A stretch of 64,000 nt of DNA, taken from a virus. Its lineage: Duplodnaviria; Caudoviricetes. This document shows positions 62,320-64,000 of the stretch, piece by piece. The translations under genes and the position numbers were made by a program. The notes under the pieces are model-generated. The model did no database searches. It was not told the origin of the DNA and saw only the letters and a program-made list of their open reading frames with translations. Location: IMG/VR virus record IMGVR_UViG_3300017764_000001. One strand, given 5' to 3'. Numbering within the stretch: position 1 is the first letter of the stretch; the number at the start of each line of letters is the position of its first letter.

Positions 62320-62586
62320 ATGTTTGTGCTTACACTAAAAAATCAGGAGGATGATGGTGCATATGCCGTTCAAGATAGGTATGGACATAAAGTCTTATTC
62401 TTATTTCAAGAAGAAGACGATGCTGAAAGATATGCTATGATGTTAGAAGATCAGGAAGATCAGGAAATGGCAATTGTTGAAGTTGATGATGATCTTGCTA
62501 TAAAAACTTGTAAACTGCATGATTATAAGTATGCGGTTATTACACCAAATGATATTGTGATCCCACCTAAGTCTAAAAATGATTGA
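62320..62586 (+). CDS. hypothetical protein (DUF3110-like)
   Basis: LFLFQEEDDAERYAMMLEDQ resembles a cyanobacterial family. Confidence 0.7.
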   Translation: MFVLTLKNQEDDGAYAVQDRYGHKVLFLFQEEDDAERYAMMLEDQEDQEMAIVEVDDDLAIKTCKLHDYKYAVITPNDIVIPPKSKND

Positions 62587-64000
62587 GTTTAAAAAAATTC
62601 GTTGGAAAAATTTTCTATCTACTGGGAATCAGTTTACAGAAATATCTTTAAATAGTAATAACACCAATCTAGTTATTGGTACAAATGGTGCCGGAAAATC
62701 TACTTTATTGGATGCATTAACATTTGGTCTTTTTAATAAACCTTTTCGTAAAATCAATAAACCTCAACTTGTAAATACGATTAATGAGAAAGATTGTCTC
62801 GTTGAAGTTGAATTTGTTGTTAATAGTAGAGAATATATTGTAAGAAGAGGAATTAAACCAAATATATTTGATATTGAGGTAAATGGTAAAGTCCTTCACA
62901 AAGAAGCAGATGATCGTGCCAATCAAAAAATTCTCGAAGAGAACGTTTTAAAATTAAACTATAAGTCATTCACTCAAATTGTTATTCTTGGCAGTAGCAC
63001 ATTTGTTCCTTTCATGCAGTTGACTACTGCTAATCGTAGAGAGGTCATTGAGGATCTTTTAGATATTCGTATTTTTTCTGCCATGAGTAATCTTTTGAAA
63101 GATAACATGAGAGAAAGAAAAGATCAAATAAAATCTTTGGAATTAAAAAAATCTAATCTTAAAGATAAGATTGATATGCAACAGAAATTTATTGAAGAAC
63201 TCGAAAATCGTGGAAATGCTAATATAAACAGTAATAAAGAAAAGGTTACAAAACTTGATAGAGAAGTTGTTGTCTATATGAGAGAGAATTCCTTTCTTGA
63301 AGAGGATATCTTTAAGTATACGAAGGAGCAAGAAGAGGTTACTGGTGCTGCTAAAAAATTATCAAAGCTAAACACACTTCGAGGAAAATTATCCCAAAAA
63401 GTAAGCACGATTACCAAAGAGCATAAGTTTTTTACAGAGAATACGGTTTGTCCTACTTGCCAACAGGATATTGAAGAAGAGTTTCGTGTAAATAGAATTA
63501 GTGATGCTCAAAACAAAGCAAAGGAACTCAAAAAGGGTTACGAAGAACTTGAACAAACAATTAAGTTTGAGCAAGAAAGAGAGCGTCAATTTATTGCACT
63601 TTCTCAGGAGATTACAAAACTAACACATGGTATTTCTAAAAACAATACTAAAATTGGTCTCAACCAAAGACAAATCAGAGATCTTGAACACGAAATTCAA
63701 ACTATTGCCAGCAACCTCCAGAATAGAAATACTGAACATGAAAAGTTAGAAGAGTTTAGAGAAAGTCTTCAAAGAGTATTTGAAAATTTATCAACTAGAA
63801 GAGAAGAATTGGTGCATTATGATTTTGCATATTCTCTCTTAAAGGATGATGGTGTCAAAACAAAGATTATTAAAAAGTATCTTCCGTTTATTAACCAACA
63901 GATAAACAGATATTTACAGATGATGGACTTCTACATCAACTTTAAACTTGATGGTGAATTCAATGAAACTGTGGAGTCACCAATACATGAAAAGTTTTCA
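62579..64000 (+). CDS. gp46: recombination ATPase gp46 (Rad50/SbcC-like), truncated by the window end
   Basis: Read by hand from ATG 62579: MIEFKKIRWKNFLSTGN, Walker A GTNGAGKS, zinc hook CPTC. No stop before 64000. Confidence 0.96.
   Translation, partial: MIEFKKIRWKNFLSTGNQFTEISLNSNNTNLVIGTNGAGKSTLLDALTFGLFNKPFRKINKPQLVNTINEKDCLVEVEFVVNSREYIVRRGIKPNIFDIEVNGKVLHKEADDRANQKILEENVLKLNYKSFTQIVILGSSTFVPFMQLTTANRREVIEDLLDIRIFSAMSNLLKDNMRERKDQIKSLELKKSNLKDKIDMQQKFIEELENRGNANINSNKEKVTKLDREVVVYMRENSFLEEDIFKYTKEQEEVTGAAKKLSKLNTLRGKLSQKVSTITKEHKFFTENTVCPTCQQDIEEEFRVNRISDAQNKAKELKKGYEELEQTIKFEQERERQFIALSQEITKLTHGISKNNTKIGLNQRQIRDLEHEIQTIASNLQNRNTEHEKLEEFRESLQRVFENLSTRREELVHYDFAYSLLKDDGVKTKIIKKYLPFINQQINRYLQMMDFYINFKLDGEFNETVESPIHEKFS

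Noticed and set aside
47014-64000. Inteins, introns or homing endonucleases in gp17, gp20, uvsW, gp47 or gp46
   Set aside because: Lengths are ordinary and motifs are contiguous. The small CxxC protein at 48923 has no HNH catalytic motif.
1-64000. tRNA/rRNA genes, integrase or transposase
   Set aside because: No cloverleaf with a T-loop GTTCRA motif and no recombinase motifs noticed by eye. A tRNAscan-SE run would be needed to exclude tRNAs formally.

Overview
A 64-kb segment of a T4-like marine cyanophage (Kyanoviridae-type myovirus). All confidently called genes are on the + strand. (1) 1-1126: end of a Gly-rich fibre-like gene and a 2OG-Fe(II) oxygenase. (2) About 1170-13670: the early/host-takeover region. 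It holds about 40 mostly small ORFs, including CP12, an NblA-like protein, purC, an SF2 helicase, an HExxH metallopeptidase and a KxDG ligase-fold protein. The ORFs are organised in units, each headed by a cassette made of a 20-bp palindrome (GACAGTT-N4-AACTGTC type) 30-32 bp upstream of a -10 box. This region also has an iteron/operator-like CTCGACGAG array between divergent sigma70 promoters at about 11.3-11.55 kb. (3) 13805-57456: an AbrB-like gene, then the baseplate, neck, packaging, tail and head module (gp25, gp6, giant gp7-like, gp8, giant DUF4815/VrlC-like, gp13-gp23). A modular Lys/Cys-rich 410-aa ORF between gp16 and gp17 looks like a polyprotein cut by the prohead protease. (4) 57534-64000: gp3, uvsY, uvsW, gp55, gp47 and gp46 (truncated at the window end). 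No tRNA, CRISPR array, integrase, intein or intron was seen. All family assignments come from recognising motifs and gene order by eye, not from database searches.
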